Part shown: piece after piece, positions 7,707 to 16,041 of the stretch
Position numbering within the stretch: the stretch's first letter is position 1
Layout of the letters: each line of letters opens with the position of its first letter
Virus record (IMG/VR): IMGVR_UViG_3300028293_000021
Coordinates: 1 to 29,370 of that record
Strand: one strand, 5' to 3'
DNA length: 29,370 bases
DNA from: a virus
Taxonomy: Duplodnaviria; Caudoviricetes
Notes under the pieces: model-generated
Told to the model about the DNA's origin: nothing
The model's input: only the letters and a program-made list of their open reading frames with translations
Database searches by the model: none
Program-made: the position numbers and the translations under genes

Positions 7707-8447
7707 TCAGTGTTGCGCGTCCACGCCCGGCCGCAACGTGTCACCCGCCACGATCGGCGGCCGGCCCCGTCGACGCGGCGCCGCCGGCGGCTCGGGCGGT
7801 GTCTCCGCGGGCGCGGCGGCCGGCTCGAGCGCGAGCGCCCGTTGTTGCGGGTTGAACGTCACGAACCGCTGCTGCGTGTGCCAGTCACACACATACTCGA
7901 GCTCGCGCGCACTCGGCGGGCCATAGCTGACGTAGAAGACCAGGCCGAACCCGTCGACGCCTTTCTCGGTCCGGACGCGGACGCGGGAGATGTCGCAATC
8001 GCACAGCACGATCTGCTCGGCCATCTCAGGCAGCAGCCCGATATGGAGCTGCTGGCGCGGCACCGTGAGGGCGAAGTGGACCGCGGCCAGTTTCGGTTTC
8101 GGCGTCGCGTCGCCGAGCGAGAACAGGAGCGCCCGCACATCGGGATCGAGCGCCACGGCGAGCCCCGGTGTGAACGGTTGCACGCGCAGGGTCAGGTCGA
8201 TCATCTTGACCTCGTCGCCGTTCTTCTGTTTGACGAGGCGATGGCGGATCGCGTCGAGATAGCAGCCGACTTTGTCGTCGTCAAACAGTCGCATCGTGCC
8301 CTTCCTTTGCGCGTCCGGTGTGACGTTCTGCGTGTGAGGCGCTGCGCGTTCCCGGCGCTCGAGCGCGCGGCGTTCCTTCGGTGTGTAGCCGTCGACGTCG
8401 TAGGTGCCGTTGAGCACGAGCGGATCGTCGGCGGCGAAAATGATCAT
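7707..8447 (-). CDS. Hypothetical protein (alternative start 8294)
   Basis: In-frame ATGs at 8447 (2 nt after the upstream stop) and 8294 (AAGGAAGG RBS). Confidence 0.7.
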   Translation of the reverse strand: MIIFAADDPLVLNGTYDVDGYTPKERRALERRERAAPHTQNVTPDAQRKGTMRLFDDDKVGCYLDAIRHRLVKQKNGDEVKMIDLTLRVQPFTPGLAVALDPDVRALLFSLGDATPKPKLAAVHFALTVPRQQLHIGLLPEMAEQIVLCDCDISRVRVRTEKGVDGFGLVFYVSYGPPSARELEYVCDWHTQQRFVTFNPQQRALALEPAAAPAETPPEPPAAPRRRGRPPIVAGDTLRPGVDAQH

Positions 8448-8448
8448 G

Positions 8449-9162
8449 TCAGAGGCTCGCGGTATCCAGCCACCACGCAATGAAGAACGTGACGCGCCGG
8501 CCGTTCCCCCGTGGATCGAGCAGTTGCCCGACGACCAGCGGATCGCGGCCGACCTGATTCGTCACCGTCCCGACCTGATCGAAAATCCGCAACGCCATCG
8601 CGCGCTGGGTCGCCGCCAAGACCGCGGGTTTCACGAGGGTCACCGGAAAGTCGACCGCGTCGTAGTCGTCGGTGACGTAGCGCTGCACCAGCTTCTCTTT
8701 GCCGTCGACGACCGCGGTGTGCGTCTCATCGCGATACCGCACGCGGTCATCGACGTAGCGGCCCTCGCCGGCCGCCAACAGTTGCGGAGTCGCGGCAAAC
8801 CCGCCCCACCTGGAGTCGCGCACCTTCTCAGGTTGGCGCTCGCGATCGACGCGCACCGCGATCACGTCGATCGGGAAATTCGGCACGACGAGATAGCCGG
8901 CCTCGACCGCGGCTTTGAGCTTGTCGTAATACAGCACGCGTTTCGCCGTGCGGTTCAGGGTCGCCTGAACACTCGCATGCTTCCAGCCGTGCGCGGTCGC
9001 GAGCTCGAGATTGGCCTCGAGGTCTGATCGTTCCGTCTCGAGCGCGGCGATTTTGCGGTCGCACCAGGCGACGAGCTCGGCCTGCACCCCTGGCAGTTCC
9101 GACGGCGTCAGCGCAACGAGCGTGCAATCATCGACGTCCATGTGTGGTGTCCCTTCGGTCAT
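8449..9162 (-). CDS. Hypothetical protein
   Basis: 237 aa, GC-rich third positions, N-terminal coiled coil. Confidence 0.75.
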   Translation of the reverse strand: MTEGTPHMDVDDCTLVALTPSELPGVQAELVAWCDRKIAALETERSDLEANLELATAHGWKHASVQATLNRTAKRVLYYDKLKAAVEAGYLVVPNFPIDVIAVRVDRERQPEKVRDSRWGGFAATPQLLAAGEGRYVDDRVRYRDETHTAVVDGKEKLVQRYVTDDYDAVDFPVTLVKPAVLAATQRAMALRIFDQVGTVTNQVGRDPLVVGQLLDPRGNGRRVTFFIAWWLDTASL

Positions 9163-9171
9163 CGGCGCCGG

Positions 9172-9669
9172 TCAGCGTGCCTCCGCGAACAGCGGCAGCG
9201 GCGCCGCCGGCACCACGGCCGGCTGCAGCCCCGCCGTCCGCGCGACCTGAATCTCGACCCGCGGTGTCTCGCCGACGTCCGCATAGAACTTGCCGAGGAC
9301 CGCCTCGACGACCTGGCGATCGTCCTGATAGACGACCTGGCTGAGCGCATCGGACACGCCGCGCGCGAGCTTGTCGAGGTCGGGCGCCGTGAGATGCGCG
9401 ACCGCCACGCCCCGCCGGCAAAACTTCTTCGGCCGCGGCAGGTAGAACGCCATCGACAGCCGCACCGGGCCGATCAGCAGGCCGCGCTCGTCAGCCGGTA
9501 ACGCGCCGAGCGCGCGACTCGCCCCCTCGGCGACGAGTTGCGACCACGACTTCACCGATCGATTGCTATCGGTCACGATCGGAAACTTCATGCCCGGCAT
9601 GTGGATCGCGCGCATGTTGCCTTTCGGTTGCGCCACGCCGTAGACCGTAAACGCGAGCGTCATCGTCAT
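9172..9669 (-). CDS. rusA: RusA family Holliday junction resolvase
   Basis: FTVYGVAQPKG...FYLPRPK...PDLDKLARGVSDALSQVVYQDDRQVV signature. Confidence 0.93.
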   Translation of the reverse strand: MTMTLAFTVYGVAQPKGNMRAIHMPGMKFPIVTDSNRSVKSWSQLVAEGASRALGALPADERGLLIGPVRLSMAFYLPRPKKFCRRGVAVAHLTAPDLDKLARGVSDALSQVVYQDDRQVVEAVLGKFYADVGETPRVEIQVARTAGLQPAVVPAAPLPLFAEAR

Positions 9670-9670
9670 G

Positions 9671-9895
9671 TCAGTTCTGAAACCCCGGCATCATCGCGCG
9701 CTCGACGTTCACGAGGTGCGTCTCGTAGCCAGCCGCCAAGCCTTCGCCGAGCCCGCGGCGCATCTCGTCGCTGGACAGCCCGATCAGGAAGCTGCCGATC
9801 GCGACCCGCACCGCCATGCACTCAGCAAAGGTCAACGCGCGCCCGTTCACCGTGATGTCGGGCTCGACCCAGCCCGTCTTAGCGTCCCTCGGCAT
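9671..9895 (-). CDS. Hypothetical protein
   Basis: GGAGGG RBS before ATG 9895. Confidence 0.65.
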   Translation of the reverse strand: MPRDAKTGWVEPDITVNGRALTFAECMAVRVAIGSFLIGLSSDEMRRGLGEGLAAGYETHLVNVERAMMPGFQN

Positions 9896-10097
9896 GCAGC
9901 CCTCCATGGCCGGCTCGCGCCTGCGGTCCATCGATGAGCACGAGCGCGATGGTGACCTCGTTCGGCTGCTGCTCCAGTTCGATGTCGGCGAGCTTCCGCA
10001 ACACGTTCGAGAGAAACTGATCGCTGATAAACAGCACCAGCGGCGCCGTGCTCGGACGCGCGATGGTGACTCGCCACTTCGGCACGACCTGCATCAT
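9879..10097 (-). CDS. Hypothetical protein
   Basis: ATGA coupling with the upstream gene. Confidence 0.55.
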   Translation of the reverse strand: MMQVVPKWRVTIARPSTAPLVLFISDQFLSNVLRKLADIELEQQPNEVTIALVLIDGPQARAGHGGLHAEGR

Positions 10098-10306
10098 GGC
10101 GCCACCGGCCAGGAGTCACGGTCCACATAGCGGCCCTGCACGGCGAGTTGCAACGCGCGCCCGCCGTAGTCGTCCGCGAACCGATTCGGACGCCCTTCGA
10201 CGGTGACCCGATGCCCGCGGCGGCCGGCGAGGTCGGGCGGATCGGGTTGCGCGAGCAGAGCGATGAACCAGCCCCACCGGGCGCGTTGATCGTCAGTCAC
10301 CGTCAT
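10094..10306 (-). CDS. Hypothetical protein
   Basis: TGATG coupling, GAGGAAGG RBS. Confidence 0.55.
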   Translation of the reverse strand: MTVTDDQRARWGWFIALLAQPDPPDLAGRRGHRVTVEGRPNRFADDYGGRALQLAVQGRYVDRDSWPVAP

Positions 10307-10581
10307 CAGCCTTCCTCGCCCGGCTCGCGCTCACGCCCCATCGGCTGCGTGCGGCGCGACCAGTCCAGCGGCAACAGCCCGAGCCGCGCCACGTCAATCG
10401 GCGGCGCCGGCGCTTGGACGATCGACGCCGGCAGGTCCGGCGGCACCGGCCCGCCCGCACACACCCCGCACCGCACTTTCGTGAGGTGCCCGATCGTCAA
10501 CACCGCCATCGGCGCGCCGATCGCGATGAGCTCGCGACACACGCCGCAGACGCGCGGGCGGCTCGATCGTGCCCACGTCAT
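10306..10581 (-). CDS. Zinc-finger protein
   Basis: ATGA coupling; CGVC...CGVC; ends REPGEEG. Confidence 0.65.
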   Translation of the reverse strand: MTWARSSRPRVCGVCRELIAIGAPMAVLTIGHLTKVRCGVCAGGPVPPDLPASIVQAPAPPIDVARLGLLPLDWSRRTQPMGREREPGEEG

Positions 10582-10931
10582 GCCGGCACTTTCTCGCGGG
10601 CCGCGCGCTCGAGCAACTCGGTGTAGAGCGCGGCGGCCTCGGCCCGTCCAATCGGGGACGAAGCACCGGCGTGGTGCGGCGTTTCGCGACCGGTAACGCG
10701 GCGGCAACATTCCCTAACTGCCACGAGCGATCGACCCGTGACGTGCTCGACATGCGCGATAGCCGCGCCGACAGCGGCACAGTCGTAGGGGAGACGCAGG
10801 CGAGCGGCGTGGGTCTTCAGGTCTTCGGCGAGGTCGGCGTAACAGGCCCAGGACGCGGTCTTCGCGAGCTCGTGCAGGAGGGCCGCGAGGACGGGCGATT
10901 TGACCTGGGTTTTAGGGGGCATGGGCACCAC
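10578..10931 (-). CDS. Hypothetical protein; possible detached C-terminal domain of the replication initiator
   Basis: In frame with the shifted continuation of the DUF1376 gene, separated by a single TAA at 11037-11039. Confidence 0.6.
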   Translation of the reverse strand: MVPMPPKTQVKSPVLAALLHELAKTASWACYADLAEDLKTHAARLRLPYDCAAVGAAIAHVEHVTGRSLVAVRECCRRVTGRETPHHAGASSPIGRAEAAALYTELLERAAREKVPA

Positions 10932-10962
10932 GGTTTCGGGGTCTGGTTTCGAGGGGGGAATC

Positions 10963-11198
10963 GGGCCGCGGTTTTGTCGCGGCCCTGCACTAATTGTTAA
11001 TAAAACCCCTAGCTTCCCGACCGATCCCGGATCTAGTTAATTACGTACGTCCTTGCTTGTACCAAGTACCAAGTACGCACCCTCCGTTACCGCGCCCGTG
11101 ACCGGCGCTGTGACGGTGCGCGTGGCCCCGCGCGTGACGGTGCGCGTGACCGTGCGTGAGACGCCGAAGTTACCCCCGGCTGTTACCGCCCGGGTTGC
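10963..11198. other. Putative replication origin (12-bp-period iterons, AT-rich tract, hairpin)
   Basis: GT(G/T)(A/G)C cores at 11086, 11098, 11110, 11122, 11134, 11146, 11169, 11182, 11194; AT-rich 10991-11045; GTACCAA tandem at 11059-11076; inverted repeat GGGCCGCG/CGCGGCCC at 10963-10985; directly after the initiator gene. Confidence 0.7.
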
Positions 11199-11532
11199 CG
11201 TTCGCAAGCCGGCCACGATACGCTCGCTGCTTCGTCGCTCGGCGAGCCGCCGCGTGGAGCACTTGATCGAGTGTCTGATTCCGCCAGCCCTCAGCAGTCA
11301 GGACGAAGCGCCGAAGCACGACCGCGCGCAGTTTGGGCCACTTCACCGGATCACCACTCGCACGTCCCAAGAGGTGTTCGTCGTTGGGAATGCAGCCGCC
11401 GCGCACGCGCGCCTCGTCGAGCAGGTTGCGATAGGCGCCTTGCTGCTCGAGCGTCATGTCCGTAAACGCCGTACTGGCCCGCCACCGATCGACCCACCAC
11501 ATGTAGCCGAACTGCCGCGGGCGCTCAGTCAT
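11170..11532 (-). CDS. DUF1376/YdaU-type phage replication initiator (N-terminal HTH)
   Basis: WWVDRWRAS...MTLEQQGAYRNLLD...GGCIPNDEHLLGR...W...V...F...GWRNQTL signature. Confidence 0.8.
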   Translation of the reverse strand: MTERPRQFGYMWWVDRWRASTAFTDMTLEQQGAYRNLLDEARVRGGCIPNDEHLLGRASGDPVKWPKLRAVVLRRFVLTAEGWRNQTLDQVLHAAARRATKQRAYRGRLANGNPGGNSRG

Positions 11533-11546
11533 CGTCTGCCTTTCAC

Positions 11547-11990
11547 TCACGCCGCCACGCTCCGCCAGGTCGGGTCCGGATCGGGAATGTGCAGCCGGTA
11601 GGCCGAGCGCGCCAGCTCGCGGCACTGCGTGCAGTAGTCCCAGAGCGCATCAGCCTCGAGGTCGGCCGTGCTCGGCACGACCACGCCATCGAACTGCTCG
11701 CCGGTGACCTCCGAGACGAACGACACGGGCTGTCCCAGGAACTTCGCCGCCAGGACGGCATGCACGACCTCGGGCGGTTGATGCGTCGCGACGGCAAGCG
11801 CCCGCAGGACGACACCGCGGTAATACCGTTGCAGCTTCGCGCTGCGGAGGCCGCGCGCCGTGCTCGGCACGACCGTGAGGACGATCCCCCCGTTGGGGAT
11901 CGTCTTCAGGTCGTCAGCCGCGGCGGCTTTGTCGTCCAGCCGAAGCACGCCGTCGGTGATCGTGCCGGTGGCGACCGCCGCGGCTTTCAT
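11547..11990 (-). CDS. NinB/Orf-like recombination accessory protein
   Basis: RSAKLQRYYRGVV...VHAVLAAKFL...STADL...WDYC...IPDP. Confidence 0.7.
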   Translation of the reverse strand: MKAAAVATGTITDGVLRLDDKAAAADDLKTIPNGGIVLTVVPSTARGLRSAKLQRYYRGVVLRALAVATHQPPEVVHAVLAAKFLGQPVSFVSEVTGEQFDGVVVPSTADLEADALWDYCTQCRELARSAYRLHIPDPDPTWRSVAA

Positions 11991-12313
11991 GCCGCCGTCC
12001 CTTCTTCCGCCTTCACGATGACGGCGCGCACCTGCTTTGCTAGGGGGCTGTTGTAGTCGAACGAGTAGCGTTTGCCTCGCGCATCGATTTGGTCGAACGC
12101 CACGATCGCCTTCAGCACCTGGAGCAGCTCCGGCGCCGCGACGATGAGCGGGCGATTACACGGCGCCACCGACTCGGCGATGAGATTCCCCCCGTAGTGC
12201 TCAAAGGCGTCGCTGCCGAGCGGCCCACCATCGACGGACACGTCGGCAACGACCGCATCGCCGACCTTGCCAGCTCGCCACGGGCCTGGCGTGTGTACGC
12301 GGGCAAGGCTCAT
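11987..12313 (-). CDS. HTPGPW-motif phage protein
   Basis: HTPGPW...N..LIVAAPELLQVL...IVKAE, a common early phage protein pattern. Confidence 0.75.
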   Translation of the reverse strand: MSLARVHTPGPWRAGKVGDAVVADVSVDGGPLGSDAFEHYGGNLIAESVAPCNRPLIVAAPELLQVLKAIVAFDQIDARGKRYSFDYNSPLAKQVRAVIVKAEEGTAA

Positions 12314-12633
12314 ACGAGCGCCTCGTCTTCAGCCCACCGCGCCGCGTCTTCCCGGGCCCACTGTGCCGGCTCCTGCGCCTGCCAGTCGAGATACGCCTGC
12401 GCGAGCCCGCCCTCCGTCAAGCCACGCGGATCGCGCGGGCCCGTGCCGAACGGCTCCTGCTCGTAGGTCCGCCACGTCTCCGTCGTGGCGAGCCACCGCA
12501 CGAATGCCTCGGCGCGCTCGTCGGCATCGTGATCGTCGCGGTCGGTGAAGACGGGGCCAAAGGCCCAGTCACTCGTCGAGCAGTACAGCACCGCCGCGTC
12601 GCGGCGGGCGTCGTGCAAAATGTGGCATCCCAT
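12310..12633 (-). CDS. Hypothetical protein
   Basis: Coupled on both sides; VLYCSTSDWAFGPVF. Confidence 0.7.
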   Translation of the reverse strand: MGCHILHDARRDAAVLYCSTSDWAFGPVFTDRDDHDADERAEAFVRWLATTETWRTYEQEPFGTGPRDPRGLTEGGLAQAYLDWQAQEPAQWAREDAARWAEDEALV

Positions 12634-13287
12634 TTAGGCCGCCGTCCCTTCCGCGATCGCCATCAGGCGTCGCACGTCCTCGAGCTCGCGCTCAACTTCG
12701 GTGAGAAATAGCCGGAGCGTCAGCTCGTAGGCTTTGCGCTCGGTGTCGGTCATGGTGATCCGCGTCACCTTGAGTTGCAGCGCCGGCGGGAAGCGCGGAT
12801 CGTAGGAGACGAAATCGCACCACTCGGCCTCGGCCATCCAGAGGTTGTGCTGACACTGCCGCAGGTAGTCGAGCGGGACATCCCCACGCAGGTAGTCGAG
12901 ATGATTGGCCGAGCGCGGGCATTTGATCTCGACGATGCCGCGGCGGCCGACCAGGCCATCAAGCGAACAGCCGGCCAGCAACGTCGGATGCTGGAGAAAG
13001 CCGACGCGGCGCGCCACCTCGCCGGTTTCCGCTTCGTAGGCCGCGAGCGCCTCGGGCTCGAGCTCGATCCCGCGCGCCATGTCGCGGTTCTGATAGACGT
13101 CCTCTTGCGCCTGGCCGGTCAGCCGCTCGAGCACCAGCCGAACGCGGAGATTGCGGCGGCCGGCGGCTTCACCTTTCGACTTGGTGGCCGCGAGCATGTC
13201 CGGCGCGCACGATCCGGTCACGCGGCCGAGCCGGGCGGCGAACCACGCCGGCGACCGCTGCGCGTCCGCCAGAAACACCCCCTTCAC
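12634..13287 (-). CDS. exo: Lambda exonuclease/YqaJ family recombination nuclease
   Basis: QRSPAWFAARLGRVTGS, GIELEPEA, CSLDGLV, IVEIKCP, Y..QCQ..LW, WCDFVSYDPR; GTGA coupling to bet. Confidence 0.93.
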   Translation of the reverse strand: MKGVFLADAQRSPAWFAARLGRVTGSCAPDMLAATKSKGEAAGRRNLRVRLVLERLTGQAQEDVYQNRDMARGIELEPEALAAYEAETGEVARRVGFLQHPTLLAGCSLDGLVGRRGIVEIKCPRSANHLDYLRGDVPLDYLRQCQHNLWMAEAEWCDFVSYDPRFPPALQLKVTRITMTDTERKAYELTLRLFLTEVERELEDVRRLMAIAEGTAA

Positions 13288-14180
13288 GAGAGCACCTCGT
13301 CGGCCGGGACGATGGCGGCAGCCGCCTTCAGCGTGTCCCACGCTTCGGGCTCGCTCGCGAGCAGGTAGTGGCGCGCGAACGGCGTCGCATCCTTCCAGAC
13401 CGCCGTCAGGGCGTCGTCGCCAGCTTTGGCGGCGTCGACCAGCCGCTGCAGCCACCCGTCGTAGCCCTCGGGCTTTTGCAGACTCGGCGCCGGCGACAGC
13501 ATCTCGACCGGCGAGACGGTGATAGCACGCTGCCCGTCCATCTCCTCCTCGGTCGTCAGCCCGCCCACCTCGTCGGGGAACGCTTCACGCAGGCCGGCAC
13601 CCTCGGTGCATTTCGTCAGCATCTGCACGGGCGCCTTCGACCAGCGCGCATTGGCCTTGCCGTCACGCTTTGTCGCGACAACCTCCGCGAACAGGACGCG
13701 CACGGGATACTCGGCGCGCTGCCCGAGCGCGGCGTTCCAGCGATACATCGTCATTTCGCACCACTCGGGCGCCGTGATGCCGGCCACGTCGACCAGCGGG
13801 CCGTACTCGGCTTTCGTGTGCCCGAGATAGAGCCCGGTGCGCTGCGCGGTCGTCCGCAGCTCGTAGATGCCGGGCATGACGACATCGCGCCACTCGTACT
13901 TGTCGCCGATCTTCACTTCCATCGGGACGATGTGACACGGCTTCTTGAGCGGATCGAGCCGGCGGGCCACGCAGTAGTCCCAGACCATCAGGACGGATTC
14001 GCCCCGCGCGCCGGGATAGAGGGAGTTCATCAGCGTGCGCCACTGCGCCTCGGTGATGCCGCGCCGGGCGACGGCATCGGGCAGGGTCGGGCCGTTGGTC
14101 GGCGCCACCGCAGGAACGGACGGGGGAGCGGGAACAGGATTCGGCACAGCAGTTGGGGCCATCGGTAATTGGTCTTCCAT
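13284..14180 (-). CDS. bet: Bet/RecT single-strand annealing protein
   Basis: YCVARRLDPLKKPCHIVPM...MPGIYELRTTAQRTG.Y.G...W.K.P.QML.KCTE...LREAFP. Confidence 0.92.
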   Translation of the reverse strand: MEDQLPMAPTAVPNPVPAPPSVPAVAPTNGPTLPDAVARRGITEAQWRTLMNSLYPGARGESVLMVWDYCVARRLDPLKKPCHIVPMEVKIGDKYEWRDVVMPGIYELRTTAQRTGLYLGHTKAEYGPLVDVAGITAPEWCEMTMYRWNAALGQRAEYPVRVLFAEVVATKRDGKANARWSKAPVQMLTKCTEGAGLREAFPDEVGGLTTEEEMDGQRAITVSPVEMLSPAPSLQKPEGYDGWLQRLVDAAKAGDDALTAVWKDATPFARHYLLASEPEAWDTLKAAAAIVPADEVLS

Positions 14181-14243
14181 AAACGGGGCATCCTTGCCAG
14201 GTTGACGAGAGATCCTCCTTGAGCTCTCGGTTCGCATCGCGCG

Positions 14244-14606
14244 TTACGCCGCTCCGAAGACGTCGTCCGCCGTCAGGGTCATTTGCCGCTGGCACTCGGG
14301 GCACGTCGGCGCATCCGAGAGCTCGGCCGCCTCGACGACCTGCGAGCAGAGGGCGAGCGCACGCCGGCCGCGGCGCAGATCGGTGTAGCAGTCCACGACG
14401 TGGGTCACCGGGGCCGGGCGGGCGACACGGCGACGGGCCCGCGCATCGCGGCAGTCTTCGCAGCGCACCTCGGCCACGGCGCCGGCCGACTGGTGATAGC
14501 TCTCGCAAATGACGGCCGGCACGCCGTCGTAGTTGTCAGCCAGCGGCCCGTCACAGGGCACGGGCGCCTGACAGGTTGTGCAGGGGTGTGTGTGTGTGGT
14601 GTGCAT
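14244..14606 (-). CDS. Cys-rich (multi-CxxC) protein, first gene of the early recombination/replication operon, probably leaderless
   Basis: CTTC, CEDC, CPEC; ATG 6 nt after a TATACT -10 box, no SD. Confidence 0.7.
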   Translation of the reverse strand: MHTTHTHPCTTCQAPVPCDGPLADNYDGVPAVICESYHQSAGAVAEVRCEDCRDARARRRVARPAPVTHVVDCYTDLRRGRRALALCSQVVEAAELSDAPTCPECQRQMTLTADDVFGAA

Positions 14607-14612
14607 AGGAAC

Positions 14613-14641
14613 AGTATATCCAAAGACGGATAATCATGCAA
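14613..14641 (-). promoter_or_regulatory. Sigma70-type early promoter TTGCAT-N17-TATACT
   Basis: -35 at 14641-14636, -10 at 14618-14613, exact 17-bp spacer, AT-rich upstream. Confidence 0.75.
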
Positions 14642-14664
14642 CCACAAATATCACCAACTGGATA
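14617..14664. promoter_or_regulatory. Operator pair TATCCaaagacGGATA (14617-14632) and TATCAccaactGGATA (14649-14664)
   Basis: Perfect and near-perfect TATCC-N6-GGATA palindromes, 32 bp apart, overlapping the early promoter. Confidence 0.75.
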
Positions 14665-14683
14665 TTTTTTAACATGGCCGTGC

Positions 14684-14905
14684 TTAGCCGGCGCGCCGAT
14701 GCGCGGTGAACGTGCGCGGTTGGCCCCAGAGGCCCGCCAGCCACTGATCGACCAGATCGGCCCGGTAGCGCGCCACCCGCCCCACGCGCGGCAGCAGCTC
14801 GCGCACGAACGGCAGCTTGCCCGTCCGTTTCAGTTCCTTGAACGTCGACGCGCTCATCTTCAGCCGCTGCTGAATCTCACGCGCGGTGTAACACGCGGCG
14901 CTCAT
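14684..14905 (-). CDS. Excisionase/recombination directionality factor-like HTH protein
   Basis: YTAREIQQRLKMSASTFKELKRTGKLP...RYRADLVDQW winged-HTH pattern; downstream of cro, near int. Confidence 0.75.
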   Translation of the reverse strand: MSAACYTAREIQQRLKMSASTFKELKRTGKLPFVRELLPRVGRVARYRADLVDQWLAGLWGQPRTFTAHRRAG

Positions 14906-15168
14906 ACCGTCGGCGCTCCCTCGACGGCCGGCACCACCACGGGCTCAGCCTTCACGCGGCGCCGCTTCTTGACGCGCGGCGGTGGCCCGAATTGAATCGT
15001 GTTCGGATCGACCCCGAGCGCCTTCGCGAGCGCGACGACGGTGAGATGCGACGGGCGCGCCTGGCTGTTCCGCTCGAGGCGCGAGATCGAGTTTTGGGCA
15101 ATCTTGCTTTTCTTTTGCAGGTCGTCCTGCGTCCAGCCGCGCCGTTTCCGCAGCGTCCGTAGATACAT
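14902..15168 (-). CDS. Cro-like XRE HTH regulator
   Basis: LRTLRKRRGWTQDDL...IAQNSISRLER...LAKALGV; GAGGAGGG RBS; divergent from the repressor. Confidence 0.88.
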   Translation of the reverse strand: MYLRTLRKRRGWTQDDLQKKSKIAQNSISRLERNSQARPSHLTVVALAKALGVDPNTIQFGPPPRVKKRRRVKAEPVVVPAVEGAPTV

Positions 15169-15198
15169 CCCCCATCCCTCCTCGGTCGAGCTGGCTCA

Positions 15199-15297
15199 TT
15201 TATCCAGTTCGTGCTGCCAGATGTCAAACTTTACAGGATTCCCTAAGGATTTTCGTTGCATCGCAGACACTCGTACGGCATTATCCGAAATCGGCTA
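15199..15297. promoter_or_regulatory. cro/repressor divergent promoter region with operators at 15201-15216 and 15282-15297
   Basis: Leftward TTGACA (15227-15222)-N17-GATAAA; rightward TTGCAT (15256-15261)-N17-CATTAT; sites TATCCagttcgTGCTG and TATCCgaaatcGGCTA overlap each -10. Confidence 0.65.
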
Positions 15298-15308
15298 TCC
15301 TTTCACCT

Positions 15309-15893
15309 ATGAAATGGGCCGAAATTCGTGATCACTTCGTGCGGCTGCACGCCTTCGCCAAGGTGGCCGGCGTGACACAGCAGGCCGTCGCGAGCCGCGG
15401 CGGGATTGCGGGACAAAACAGCGTGTCACGGTTGATCAGAAACATGAAGCGGGGTCCGACCGTGGAGATTTTTGTAAGCGCCGTCGAGGGGCTTGGGCTG
15501 ACGCTTGTGGAGTTTTTCGAGACGCTCGAGAGCAACAGCGTGCCCGTCTCATGGTTGGAGGAGCAGGGGAGCGCGGCGCAACTCAAGGCGTGGCGCAATG
15601 CCGCGATCCATCACCAGCCCGTCGATTCCCTGGTGTCGAGATCCGCCCCTGAAGATCGACATCCGCCGCCGCAGACAACGAAGCGTGGGAGGGCAAATGT
15701 CCGTCGTCCAATTCGCACGGCGCCTCTCGTCGATGAAAAACTCAAAGAAGAGCTCGACCAACTGTTCCGGACGATGTTCGCTGAACACTTTGAGTCGCTA
15801 TTTCGCAGAATTTCGAAAAATGACCCGCGAGATGGAACGGCTGCTGCTCGACCATCCGCCGCACGGACATCAGGTCGTCGTCGCCACTCGTAA
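15309..15893 (+). CDS. CI-like XRE repressor 1 (no S24 peptidase domain evident)
   Basis: VTQQAVASRGGIAGQNSVSRLIRN..RGPTVEIFV.AVEGLG....EFF; divergent from cro. Confidence 0.85.
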   Translation: MKWAEIRDHFVRLHAFAKVAGVTQQAVASRGGIAGQNSVSRLIRNMKRGPTVEIFVSAVEGLGLTLVEFFETLESNSVPVSWLEEQGSAAQLKAWRNAAIHHQPVDSLVSRSAPEDRHPPPQTTKRGRANVRRPIRTAPLVDEKLKEELDQLFRTMFAEHFESLFRRISKNDPRDGTAAARPSAARTSGRRRHS

Positions 15894-16041
15894 CGCGATC
15901 AAGCTGGCGCGCGTCCACGTCGCCATGCTGAAAGCGGCGCCCCGCGTCGCCACCACTCGACCCCCCCGAACCCTCACCGCAGAACAGGAGAAACAACACG
16001 ATGCCGAAAAAACTCAAAGGCGTCCGTCGTCAAGGCAGTAA
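15697..16041 (+). CDS. Possible overprinted 114-aa ORF overlapping repressor 3' end and int start
   Basis: GGGAGGG SD just before ATG 15697; MSVVQFARRL...; covers the otherwise non-coding 15894-16000 gap. Confidence 0.45.
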   Translation: MSVVQFARRLSSMKNSKKSSTNCSGRCSLNTLSRYFAEFRKMTREMERLLLDHPPHGHQVVVATRNAIKLARVHVAMLKAAPRVATTRPPRTLTAEQEKQHDAEKTQRRPSSRQ

